DNA of 64,000 nucleotides, from NCBI GenBank assembly GCA_964057225.1, contig OZ059898.1, positions 19,034,001 to 19,098,000 of the forward strand, in the 5' to 3' direction. This DNA comes from Auanema rhodensis. Its lineage: Eukaryota; Animalia; Nematoda. The notes beneath the pieces are model-generated. The model was not told the origin of the DNA, made no database searches, and saw only the letters and a program-made list of their open reading frames with translations. The translations under genes were made by a program, and so were the position numbers. Of the stretch, positions 12,401-26,100 are shown piece after piece (position 1 is the stretch's first letter; every line of letters starts with the position of its first letter).

Positions 12401-15400
12401 ATCAACTGATATAAGTTCACACTTATTTCCTCGATTTTCACCCTGAAGAATTAATTTTTTCGTTGAATAACATTGTCCATCGTCTTTGCCTTGAAAAAAG
12501 GAATCTAAAAACATCTTCTTTTTGCTAAATCATTTTGAAATTTTTCGAAAAAATTTTTGTCAAAATGTTTTTGGAAGCAATGTTGAGTGTACATGGAAAC
12601 TCAACATACACTAATGCATCATTTTTCAAACGATCATAACTAATTTTTGTATAAAGCGTTTCTCAATGTAGTATAGTGCATTCGATGCGGATTTTTAAGC
12701 TGCGTCGATCTGTGTTATCAGATTTGCGCTAGCTTAAAAATGCACCGAGATATCAACTGATATAAGTTCACACTTATATCCTCGATTTTCACCGTGAAGA
12801 ATTAATTTTTTTGTTGAATAACATTGTCCATCGTCTTTGCCTTGAAAAAAGGAATCTAAAAACATCTACTTTTTGCTAAATTATTTTGAAATTTTTTGAA
12901 AAAATTTTTGTCAAAATGTTTTTGGAAGCAATGTTGAGTGTACATGGAAACTCAACATACACTAATGCATCATTTTTCAAACGATCATAACTAATTTTTG
13001 TATTAAGCGTTTCTCAAAGTAGTATAGTGCATTCGATGCGGATTTTTAAGCTGCGTCGATCTGTGTTATCAGATTTGCGCTAGCTAAAAAATGCACCGAG
13101 ATATCAACTGATATAAGTTTACACTTATATCCTCGATTTTCACCCTGAAGAATTAATTTTTTCGTTGAATAACATTGTCCATCGTCTTTGCCTTGAAAAA
13201 AGGAATCTAAAAACATCTACTTTTTGCTAAATTATTTTGAAATTTTTTGAAAAAATTTTTGTCAAAATGTTTTTGGAAGCAATGTTGAGTGTACATGGAA
13301 ACTCAACATACACTAATGCATCATTTTTCAAACGATCATAACTAATTTTTGTATTAAGCGTTTCTCAATGTAGTATAGTGCATTCGATGCGGATTTTTAA
13401 GCTGCGTCGATCTGTGTTATCAGATTTGCGCTAGCTTAAAAATGCACCGAGATATCAACTGATATAAGTTCACACTTATATCCTCGATTTTCACCCTGAA
13501 GAATTAATTTTTTCGTTGAATAACATTGTCCATCGTCTTTGCCTTGAAAAAAGGAATCTAAAAACATCTACTTTTTGCTAAATTATTTTGAAATTTTTTG
13601 AAAAAATTTTTGTCAAAATGTTTTTGGAAGCAATGTTGAGTGTACATGGAAACTCAACATACACTAATGCATCATTTTTCAAACGATCATAACTAATTTT
13701 TGTATTAAGCGTTTCTCAAAGTAGTATAGTGCATTCGATGCGGATTTTTAAGCTGCGTCGATCTGTGTTATCAGATTTGCGCTAGCTAAAAAATGCACCG
13801 AGATATCAACTGATATAAGTTCACACTTATATCCTCGATTTTCACCCTGAAGAATTAATTTTTTTGTTGAATAACATTGTCCATCGTCTTTGCCTTGAAA
13901 AAAGGAATCTAAAAACATCTACTTTTTGCTAAATTATTTTGAAATTTTTTGAAAAAATTTTTGTCAAAATGTTTTTGGAAGCAATGTTGAGTGTACATGG
14001 AAACTCAACATACACTAATGCATCATTTTTCAAACGATCATAACTAATTTTTGTATTAAGCGTTTCTCAAAGTAGTATAGTGCATTCGATGCGGATTTTT
14101 AAGCTGCGTCGATCTGTGTTATCAGATTTGCGCTAGCTGAAAAATGCACCGAGATATCAACTGATATAAGTTTACACTTATATCCTCGATTTTCACCCTG
14201 AAGAATTAATTTTTTTGTTGAATAACATTGTCCATCGTCTTTGCCTTGAAAAAAGGAATCTAAAAACATCTACTTTTTGCTAAATTATTTTGAAATTTTT
14301 TGAAAAAATTTTTGTCAAAATGTTTTTGGAAGCAATGTTGAGTGTACATGGAAACTCAACATACACTAATGCATCATTTTTCAAACGATCATAACTAATT
14401 TTTGTATAAAGCGTTTCTCAATGTAGTATAGTGCATTCGATGCGGATTTTTAAGCTGCATCGATCTGTGTTATCAGATTTGCGCTAGCTTAAAAATGCAC
14501 CGAGATATCAACTGATATAAGTTCACACTTATTTCCTCGATTTTCACCCTGAAGAATTAATTTTTTCGTTGAATAACATTGTCCATCGTCTTTGCCTTGA
14601 AAAAAGGAATCTAAAAACATCTACTTTTTGCTAAATTATTTTGAAATTTTTTGAAAAAATTTTTGTCAAAATGTTTTTGGAAGCAATGTTGAGTGTACAT
14701 GGAAACTCAACATACACTAATGCATCATTTTTCAAACGATCATAACTAATTTTTGTATAAAGCGTTTCTCAATGTAGTATAGTGCATTCGATGCGGATTT
14801 TTAAGCTGCATCGATCTGTGTTATCAGATTTGCGCTAGCTTAAAAATGCACCGAGATATCAACTGATATAAGTTCACACTTATTTCCTCGATTTTCACCC
14901 TGAAGAATTAATTTTTTCGTTGAATAACATTGTCCATCGTCTTTGCCTTGAAAAAAGGAATCTAAAAACATCTTCTTTTTGCTAAATCATTTTGAAATTT
15001 TTCGAAAAAATTTTTGTCAAAATGTTTTTGGAAGCAATGTTGAGTGTACATGGAAACTCAACATACACTAATGCATCATTTTTCAAACGATCATAACTAA
15101 TTTTTGTATAAAGCGTTTCTCAATGTAGTATAGTGCATTCGATGCGGATTTTTAAGCTGCGTCGATCTGTGTTATCAGATTTGCGCTAGCTTAAAAATGC
15201 ACCGAGATATCAACTGATATAAGTTCACACTTATATCCTCGATTTTCACCGTGAAGAATTAATTTTTTTGTTGAATAACATTGTCCATCGTCTTTGCCTT
15301 GAAAAAAGGAATCTAAAAACATCTACTTTTTGCTAAATTATTTTGAAATTTTTTGAAAAAATTTTTGTCAAAATGTTTTTGGAAGCAATGTTGAGTGTAC

Positions 15401-16849
15401 ATGGAAACTCAACATACACTAATGCATCATTTTTCAAACGATCATAACTAATTTTTGTATTAAGCGTTTCTCAAAGTAGTATAGTGCATTCGATGCGGAT
15501 TTTTAAGCTGCGTCGATCTGTGTTATCAGATTTGCGCTAGCTGAAAAATGCACCGAGATATCAACTGATATAAGTTCACACTTATATCCTCGATTTTCAC
15601 CCTGAAGAATTAATTTTTTTGTTGAATAACATTGTCCATCGTCTTTGCCTTGAAAAAAGGAATCTAAAAACATCTACTTTTTGCTAAATTATTTTGAAAT
15701 TTTTTGAAAAAATTTTTGTCAAAATGTTTTTGGAAGCAATGTTGAGTGTACATGGAAACTCAACATACAATAATGCATCATTTTTCAAACGATCATAACT
15801 AATTTTTGTATAAAGCGTTTTTCAATGTAGTATAGTGCATTCGATGCGGATTTTTAAGCTGCGACGATCTGTGTTATCAGATTTGCGCTAGCTTAAAAAT
15901 GCACCGAGATATCAACTGATATAAGTTCACACTTATATCCTCGATTTTCACCGTGAAGAATTAATTTTTTTGTTGAATAACATTGTCCATCGTCTTTGCC
16001 TTGAAAAAAGGAATCTAAAAACATCTACTTTTTGCTAAATTATTTTGAAATTTTTTGAAAAAATTTTTGTCAAAATGTTTTTGGAAGCAATGTTGAGTGT
16101 ACATGGAAACTCAACATACACTAATGCATCATTTTTCAAACGATCATAACTAATTTTTGTATTAAGCGTTTCTCAAAGTAGTATAGTGCATTCGATGCGG
16201 ATTTTTAAGCTGCGTCGATCTGTGTTATCAGATTTGCGCTAGCTGAAAAATGCACCGAGATATCAACTGATATAAGTTCACACTTATATCCTCGATTTTC
16301 ACCCTGAAGAATTAATTTTTTTGTTGAATAACATTGTCCATCGTCTTTGCCTTGAAAAAAGGAATCTAAAAACATCTACTTTTTGCTAAATTATTTTGAA
16401 ATTTTTTGAAAAAATTTTTGTCAAAATGTTTTTGGAAGCAATGTTGAGTGTACATGGAAACTCAACATACAATAATGCATCATTTTTCAAACGATCATAA
16501 CTAATTTTTGTATAAAGCGTTTTTCAATGTAGTATAGTGCATTCGATGCGGATTTTTAAGCTGCGACGATCTGTGTTATCAGATTTGCGCTAGCTTAAAA
16601 ATGCACCGAGATATCAACTGATATAAGTTCACACTTATATCCTCGATTTTCACCCTGAAGAATTAATTTTTTTGTTGAATAACATTGTCCATCGTCTTTG
16701 CCTTGAAAAAAGGAATCTAAAAACATCTACTTTTTGCTAAATTATTTTGAAATTTTTTGAAAAAATTTTTGTCAAAATGTTTTTGGAAGCAATGTTGAGT
16801 GTACATGGAAACTCAACATACACTAATGCATCATTTTTCAAACGATCAT

Positions 16850-19800
16850 AACTAATTTTTGTATAAAGCGTTTCTCAATGTAGTATAGTGCATTCGATGC
16901 GGATTTTTAAGCTGCATCGATCTGTGTTATCAGATTTGCGCTAGCTTAAAAATGCACCGAGATATCAACTGATATAAGTTCACACTTATTTCCTCGATTT
17001 TCACCCTGGAGAATTAATTTTTTCGTTGAATAACATTGTCCATCGTCTTTGCCTTGAAAAAAGGAATCTAAAAACATCTTCTTTTTGCTAAATCATTTTG
17101 AAATTTTTCGAAAAAATTTTTGTCAAAATGTTTTTGGAAGCAATGTTGAGTGTACATGGAAACTCAACATACACTAATGCATCATTTTTCAAACGATCAT
17201 AACTAATTTTCGTATTAAGCGTTTCTCAATGTAGTATAGTGCATTCGATGCGGATTTTTAAGCTGCGTCGATCTGTGTTATCAGATTTGCGCTAGCTGAA
17301 AAATGCACCGAGATATCAACTGATATAAGTTTACACTTATATCCTCGATTTTCACCCTGAAGAATTAATTTTTTCGTTGAATAACATTGTCCATCGTCTT
17401 TGCCTTGAAAAAAGGAATCTAAAAACATCTACTTTTTGCTAAATTATTTTGAAATTTTTTGAAAAAATTTTTGTCAAAATGTTTTTGGAAGCAATGTTGA
17501 GTGTACATGGAAACTCAACATACACTAATGCATCATTTTTCAAACGATCATAACTAATTTTTGTATGAAGCGTTTCTCAAAGTAGTATAGTGCATTCGAT
17601 GCGGATTTTTAAGCTGCGTCGATCTGTGTTATCAGATTTGCGCTAGCTTAAAAATGCACCGAGATATCAACTGATATAAGTTCACACTTATATCCTCGAT
17701 TTTCACCCTGAAGAATTAATTTTTCCGTTGAATAACATTGTCCATCGTCTTTGCCTTGAAAAAAGGAATCTAAAAACATCTACTTTTTGCTAAATTATTT
17801 TGAAATTTTTTGAAAAAATTTTTGTCAAAATGTTTTTGGAAGCAATGTTGAGTGTACATGGAAACTCAACATACACTAATGCATCATTTTTCAAACGATC
17901 ATAACTAATTTTTGTATAAAGCGTTTCTCAATGTAGTATAGTGCATTCGATGCGGATTTTTAAGCTGCGTCGATCTGTGTTATCAGATTTGCGCTAGCTT
18001 AAAAATGCACCGAGATATCAACTGATATAAGTTCACACTTATATCCTCGATTTTCACCCTGAAGAATTAATTTTTTTGTTGAATAACATTGTCCATCGTC
18101 TTTGCCTTGAAAAAAGGAATCTAAAAACATCTACTTTTTGCTAAATTATTTTGAAATTTTTTGAAAAAATTTTTGTCAAAATGTTTTTGGAAGCAATGTT
18201 GAGTGTACATGGAAACTCAACATACACTAATGCATCATTTTTCAAACGATCATAACTAATTTTTGTATTAAGCGTTTCTCAAAGTAGTATAGTGCATTCG
18301 ATGCGGATTTTTAAGCTGCGTCGATCTGTGTTATCAGATTTGCGCTAGCTGAAAAATGCACCGAGATATCAACTGATATAAGTTTACACTTATATCCTCG
18401 ATTTTCACCCTGAAGAATTAATTTTTTCGTTGAATAACATTGTCCATCGTCTTTGCCTTGAAAAAAGGAATCTAAAAACATCTACTTTTTGCTAAATTAT
18501 TTTGAAATTTTTTGAAAAAATTTTTGTCAAAATGTTTTTGGAAGCAATGTTGAGTGTACATGGAAACTCAACATACACTAATGCATCATTTTTCAAACGA
18601 TCATAACTAATTTTTGTATGAAGCGTTTCTCAAAGTAGTATAGTGCATTCGATGCGGATTTTTAAGCTGCGTCGATCTGTGTTATCAGATTTGCGCTAGC
18701 TGAAAAATGCACCGAGATATCAACTGATATAAGTTTACACTTATATCCTCGATTTTCACCCTGAAGAATTAATTTTTTTGTTGAATAACATTGTCCATCG
18801 TCTTTGCCTTGAAAAAAGGAATCTAAAAACATCTACTTTTTGCTAAATTATTTTGAAATTTTTTGAAAAAATTTTTGTCAAAATGTTTTTGGAAGCAATG
18901 TTGAGTGTACATGGAAACTCAACATACACTAATGCATCATTTTTCAAACGATCATAACTAATTTTTGTATAAAGCGTTTCTCAATGTAGTATAGTGCATT
19001 CGATGCGGATTTTTAAGCTGCATCGATCTGTGTTATCAGATTTGCGCTAGCTTAAAAATGCACCGAGATATCAACTGATATAAGTTCACACTTATTTCCT
19101 CGATTTTCACCCTGGAGAATTAATTTTTTCGTTGAATAACATTGTCCATCGTCTTTGCCTTGAAAAAAGGAATCTAAAAACATCTTCTTTTTGCTAAATC
19201 ATTTTGAAATTTTTCGAAAAAATTTTTGTCAAAATGTTTTTGGAAGCAATGTTGAGTGTACATGGAAACTCAACATACACTAATGCATCATTTTTCAAAC
19301 GATCATAACTAATTTTCGTATTAAGCGTTTCTCAATGTAGTATAGTGCATTCGATGCGGATTTTTAAGCTGCGTCGATCTGTGTTATCAGATTTGCGCTA
19401 GCTGAAAAATGCACCGAGATATCAACTGATATAAGTTTACACTTATATCCTCGATTTTCACCCTGAAGAATTAATTTTTTCGTTGAATAACATTGTCCAT
19501 CGTCTTTGCCTTGAAAAAAGGAATCTAAAAACATCTACTTTTTGCTAAATTATTTTGAAATTTTTTGAAAAAATTTTTGTCAAAATGTTTTTGGAAGCAA
19601 TGTTGAGTGTACATGGAAACTCAACATACACTAATGCATCATTTTTCAAACGATCATAACTAATTTTTGTATGAAGCGTTTCTCAAAGTAGTATAGTGCA
19701 TTCGATGCGGATTTTTAAGCTGCGTCGATCTGTGTTATCAGATTTGCGCTAGCTTAAAAATGCACCGAGATATCAACTGATATAAGTTCACACTTATATC

Positions 19801-21061
19801 CTCGATTTTCACCCTGAAGAATTAATTTTTCCGTTGAATAACATTGTCCATCGTCTTTGCCTTGAAAAAAGGAATCTAAAAACATCTACTTTTTGCTAAA
19901 TTATTTTGAAATTTTTTGAAAAAATTTTTGTCAAAATGTTTTTGGAAGCAATGTTGAGTGTACATGGAAACTCAACATACACTAATGCATCATTTTTCAA
20001 ACGATCATAACTAATTTTTGTATAAAGCGTTTCTCAATGTAGTATAGTGCATTCGATGCGGATTTTTAAGCTGCGTCGATCTGTGTTATCAGATTTGCGC
20101 TAGCTTAAAAATGCACCGAGATATCAACTGATATAAGTTCACACTTATATCCTCGATTTTCACCCTGAAGAATTAATTTTTTTGTTGAATAACATTGTCC
20201 ATCGTCTTTGCCTTGAAAAAAGGAATCTAAAAACATCTACTTTTTGCTAAATTATTTTGAAATTTTTTGAAAAAATTTTTGTCAAAATGTTTTTGGAAGC
20301 AATGTTGAGTGTACATGGAAACTCAACATACACTAATGCATCATTTTTCAAACGATCATAACTAATTTTTGTATTAAGCGTTTCTCAAAGTAGTATAGTG
20401 CATTCGATGCGGATTTTTAAGCTGCGTCGATCTGTGTTATCAGATTTGCGCTAGCTGAAAAATGCACCGAGATATCAACTGATATAAGTTTACACTTATA
20501 TCCTCGATTTTCACCCTGAAGAATTAATTTTTTCGTTGAATAACATTGTCCATCGTCTTTGCCTTGAAAAAAGGAATCTAAAAACATCTACTTTTTGCTA
20601 AATTATTTTGAAATTTTTTGAAAAAATTTTTGTCAAAATGTTTTTGGAAGCAATGTTGAGTGTACATGGAAACTCAACATACACTAATGCATCATTTTTC
20701 AAACGATCATAACTAATTTTTGTATGAAGCGTTTCTCAAAGTAGTATAGTGCATTCGATGCGGATTTTTAAGCTGCGTCGATCTGTGTTATCAGATTTGC
20801 GCTAGCTGAAAAATGCACCGAGATATCAACTGATATAAGTTTACACTTATATCCTCGATTTTCACCCTGAAGAATTAATTTTTTCGTTGAATAACATTGT
20901 CCATCGTCTTTGCCTTGAAAAAAGGAATCTAAAAACATCTACTTTTTGCTAAATTATTTTGAAATTTTTTGAAAAAATTTTTGTCAAAATGTTTTTGGAA
21001 GCAATGTTGAGTGTACATGGAAACTCAACATACACTAATGCATCATTTTTCAAACGATCAT
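16850..21061. repeat. Tandem duplication of a 6-monomer block (2106 bp)
   Basis: ccctgGag at 17009/19115, ttttCgtatt at 17211/19317 and tttttCcgtt at 17725/19831, all offset by 2106 bp. Confidence 0.9.
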
Positions 21062-23167
21062 AACTAATTTTTGTATGAAGCGTTTCTCAAAGTAGTATAG
21101 TGCATTCGATGCGGATTTTTAAGCTGCGTCGATCTGTGTTATCAGATTTGCGCTAGCTTAAAAATGCACCGAGATATCAACTGATATAAGTTCACACTTA
21201 TATCCTCGATTTTCACCCTGAAGAATTAATTTTTCCGTTGAATAACATTGTCCATCGTCTTTGCCTTGAAAAAAGGAATCTAAAAACATCTACTTTTCGC
21301 TAAATTATTTTGAAATTTTTTGAAAAAATTTTTGTCAAAATGTTTTTGGAAGCAATGTTGAGTGTACATGGAAACTCAACATACACTAATGCATCATTTT
21401 TCAAACGATCATAACTAATTTTTGTATAAAGCGTTTCTCAATGTAGTATAGTGCATTCGATGCGGATTTTTAAGCTGCGTCGATCTGTGTTATCAGATTT
21501 GCGCTAGCTTAAAAATGCACCGAGATATCAACTGATATAAGTTCACACTTATTTCCTCGATTTTCACCCTGAAGAATTAATTTTTTCGTTGAATAACATT
21601 GTCCATCGTCTTTGCCTTGAAAAAAGGAATCTAAAAACATCTTCTTTTTGCTAAATCATTTTGAAATTTTTCGAAAAAATTTTTGTCAAAATGTTTTTGG
21701 AAGCAATGTTGAGTGTACATGGAAACTCAACATACACTAATGCATCATTTTTCAAACGATCATAACTAATTTTTGTATTAAGCGTTTCTCAATGTAGTAT
21801 AGTGCATTCGATGCGGATTTTTAAGCTGCGTCGATCTGTGTTATCAGATTTGCGCTAGCTTAAAAATGCACCGAGATATCAACTGATATAAGTTCACACT
21901 TATATCCTCGATTTTCACCCTGAAGAATTAATTTTTTTGTTGAATAACATTGTCCATCGTCTTTGCCTTGAAAAAAGGAATCTAAAAACATCTACTTTTT
22001 GCTAAATTATTTTGAAATTTTTTGAAAAAATTTTTGTCAAAATGTTTTTGGAAGCAATGTTGAGTGTACATGGAAACTCAACATACACTAATGCATCATT
22101 TTTCAAACGATCATAACTAATTTTTGTATTAAGCGTTTCTCAAAGTAGTATAGTGCATTCGATGCGGATTTTTAAGCTGCGTCGATCTGTGTTATCAGAT
22201 TTGCGCTAGCTGAAAAATGCACCGAGATATCAACTGATATAAGTTTACACTTATATCCTCGATTTTCACCCTGAAGAATTAATTTTTTCGTTGAATAACA
22301 TTGTCCATCGTCTTTGCCTTGAAAAAAGGAATCTAAAAACATCTTCTTTTTGCTAAATTATTTTGAAATTTTTTGAAAAAATTTTTGTCAAAATGTTTTT
22401 GGAAGCAATGTTGAGTGTACATGGAAACTCAACATACACTAATGCATCATTTTTCAAACGATCATAACTAATTTTTGTATAAAGCGTTTCTCAATGTAGT
22501 ATAGTGCATTCGATGCGGATTTTTAAGCTGAGTCGATCTGTGTTATCAGATTTGCGCTAGCTTAAAAATGCACCGAGATATCAACTGATATAAGTTCACA
22601 CTTATTTCCTCGATTTTCACCCTGAAGAATTAGTTTTTTCGTCGAATAACATTGTCCATCGTCTTTGCCTTGAAAAAAGGAATCTAAAAACATCTACTTT
22701 TTGCTGAATTATTTTGAAATTTTTTGAAAAAATTTTTGTCAAAATGTTTTTGGAAGCAATGTTGAGTGTACATGGAAACTCAACATACACTAATGCATCA
22801 TTTTTCAAACGATCATAACTAATTTTTGTATGAAGCGTTTCTCAAAGTAGTATAGTGCATTCGATGCGGATTTTTAAGCTGCGTCGATCTGTGTTATCAG
22901 ATTTGCGCTAGCTGAAAAATGCACCGAGATATCAACTGATATAAGTTTACACTTATATCCTCGATTTTTACCCTGAAGAATTAATTTTTTCGTTGAATAA
23001 CATTGTCCATCGTCTTTGCCTTGAAAAAAGGAATCTAAAAACATCTTCTTTTTGCTAAATTATTTTGAAATTTTTTGAAAAAATTTTTGTCAAAATGTTT
23101 TTGGAAGCAATGTTGAGTGTACATGGAAACTCAACATACACTAATGCATCATTTTTCAAACGATCAT

Positions 23168-26100
23168 AACTAATTTTTGTATGAAGCGTTTCTCAAAGTA
23201 GTATAGTGCATTCGATGCGGATTTTTAAGCTGCGTCGATCTGTGTTATCAGATTTGCGCTAGCTGAAAAATGCACCGAGATATCAACTGATATAAGTTTA
23301 CACTTATATCCTCGATTTTCACCCTGAAGAATTAATTTTTTCGTTGAATAACATTGTCCATCGTCTTTGCCTTGAAAAAAGGAATCTAAAAACATCTTCT
23401 TTTTGCTAAATTATTTTGAAATTTTTTGAAAAAATTTTTGTCAAAATGTTTTTGGAAGCAATGTTGAGTGTACATGGAAACTCAACATACACTAATGCAT
23501 CATTTTTCAAACGATCATAACTAATTTTTGTATAAAGCCTTTCTCAATGTAGTATAGTGCATTCGATGCGGATTTTTAAGCTGCGTCGATCTGTGTTATC
23601 AGATTTGCGCTAGCTTAAAAATGCACCGAGATATCAACTGATATAAGTTCACACTTATTTCCTCGATTTTCACCCTGAAGAATTAATTTTTTCGTTGAAT
23701 AACATTGTCCATCGTCTTTGCCTTGAAAAAAGGAATCTAAAAACATCTACTTTTTGCTAAATTATTTTGAAATTTTTTGAAAAAATTTTTGTCAAAATGT
23801 TTTTGGAAGCAATGTTGAGTGTACATGGAAACTCAACATACACTAATGCATCATTTTTCAAACGATCATAACTAATTTTTGTATCAAGCGTTTTTCAATG
23901 TAGTATAGTGCATTCGATGCGGATTTTTAAGCTGCGTCGATCTGTGTTATCAGATTTGCGCTAGCTTAAAAATGCACCGAGATATCAACTGATATAAGTT
24001 CACACTTATATCCTCGATTTTCACCCTGAATAATTAATTTTTTTGTTGAATAACATTGTCCATCGTCTTTGCCTTGAAAAAAGGAATCTAAAAACATCTA
24101 CTTTTTGCTAAATTATTTTGAAATTTTTTGAAAAAATTTTTGTCAAAATGTTTTTGGAAGCAATGTTGAGTGTACATGGAAACTCAACATACACTAATGC
24201 ATCATTTTTCAAACGATCATAACTAATTTTTGTATTGAGCGTTTCTCAAAGTAGTATAGTGCATTCGATGCGGATTTTTAAGCTGCGTCGATCTGTGTTA
24301 TCAGATTTGCGCTAGCTGAAAAATGCACCGAGATATCAACTGATATAAGTTTACACTTATATCCTCGATTTTCACCCTGAAGAATTAATTTTTTCGTTGA
24401 ATAACATTGTCCATCGTCTTTGCCTTGAAAAAAGGAATCTAAAAACATCTTCTTTTTGCTAAATTATTTTGAAATTTTTTGAAAAAATTTTTGTCAAAAT
24501 GTTTTTGGAAGCAATGTTGAGTGTACATGGAAACTCAACATACACTAATGCATCATTTTTCAAACGATCATAACTAATTTTTGTATAAAGCGTTTCTCAA
24601 TGTAGTATAGTGCATTCGATGCGGATTTTTAAGCTGCGTCGATCTGTGTTATCAGATTTGCGCTAGCTTAAAAATGCACCGAGATATCAACTGATATAAG
24701 TTCACACTTATTTCCTCGATTTTCACCCTGAAGAATTAATTTTTTCGTTGAATAACATTGTCCATCGTCTTTGCCTTGAAAAAAGGAATCTGAAAACATC
24801 TACTTTTTGCTAAATTATTTTGAAATTTTTTGAAAAAATTTTTGTCAAAATGTTTTTGGAAGCAATGTTGAGTGTACATGGAAACTCAACATACACTAAT
24901 GCATCATTTTTCAAACGATCATAACTAATTTTTGTATAAAGCTTTTCTCAATGTAGTATAGTGCATTCGATGCGGATTTTTAAGCTGCGTCGATCTGTGT
25001 TATCAGATTTGCGCTAGCTTAAAAATGCACCGAGATATCAACTGATATAAGTTCACACTTATTTCCTCGATTTTCACCCTGAAGAATTAATTTTTTTGTT
25101 GAATAACATTGTCCATCGTCTTTGCCTTGAAAAAAGGAATCTGAAAACATCTACTTTTTGCTGAATTATTTTGAAATTTTTTGAAAAAATTTTTGTCAAA
25201 ATGTTTTTGGAAGCAATGTTGAGTGTACATGGAAACTCAACATACACTAATGCATCATTTTTCAAACGATCATAACTAATTTTTGTATAAAGCGTTTCTC
25301 AAAGTAGTATAGTGCATTCGATGCGGATTTTTAAGCTGCGTCGATCTGTGTTATCAGATTTGCGCTAGCTTAAAAATGCACCGAGATATCAACTGATATA
25401 AGTTCACACTTATATCCTCGATTTTCACCCTGAAGAACTAATTTTTTCGTTGAAAAACATTGTCCATCGTGTTTGCCTTGAAAAAAGGAATCTAAAAACA
25501 TCTACTTTTTGCTAAATTATTTAGAAATTTTTCGAAAAAATTTTTGTCAAAATGTTTTTGGAAGCAATGTTGAGTGTACATGGAAACTCAACATACACTA
25601 ATGCATCATTTTTCAAACGATCATAACTAATTTTTGTATAAAGCGTTTCTCAAAGTAGTATAGTGCATTCGATGCGGATTTTTGAGCTGCGTCGATCTGT
25701 GTTATCAGATTTGCGCTAGCTTAAAAATGCACCGAGATATCAACTGATATAAGTTCACACTTATATCCTCGATTTTCACCCTGAAGAATTAATTTTTTTG
25801 TTGAATAACATTGTCCATCGTCTTTGCCTTGAAAAAAGGAATCTAAAAACATCTACTTTTTGCTAAATTATTTTGAAATTTTTTGAAAAAATTTTTGTCA
25901 AAATGTTTTTGGAAGCAATGTTGAGTGTACATGGAAACTCAACATACACTAATGCATCATTTTTCAAACGATCATAACTAATTTTTGTAAAAAGCGTTTC
26001 TCAAAGTAGTATAGTGCATTCGATGCGGATTTTTAAGCTGCGTCGATCTGTGTTATCAGATTTGCGCTAGCTGAAAAATGCACCGAGATATCAACTGATA

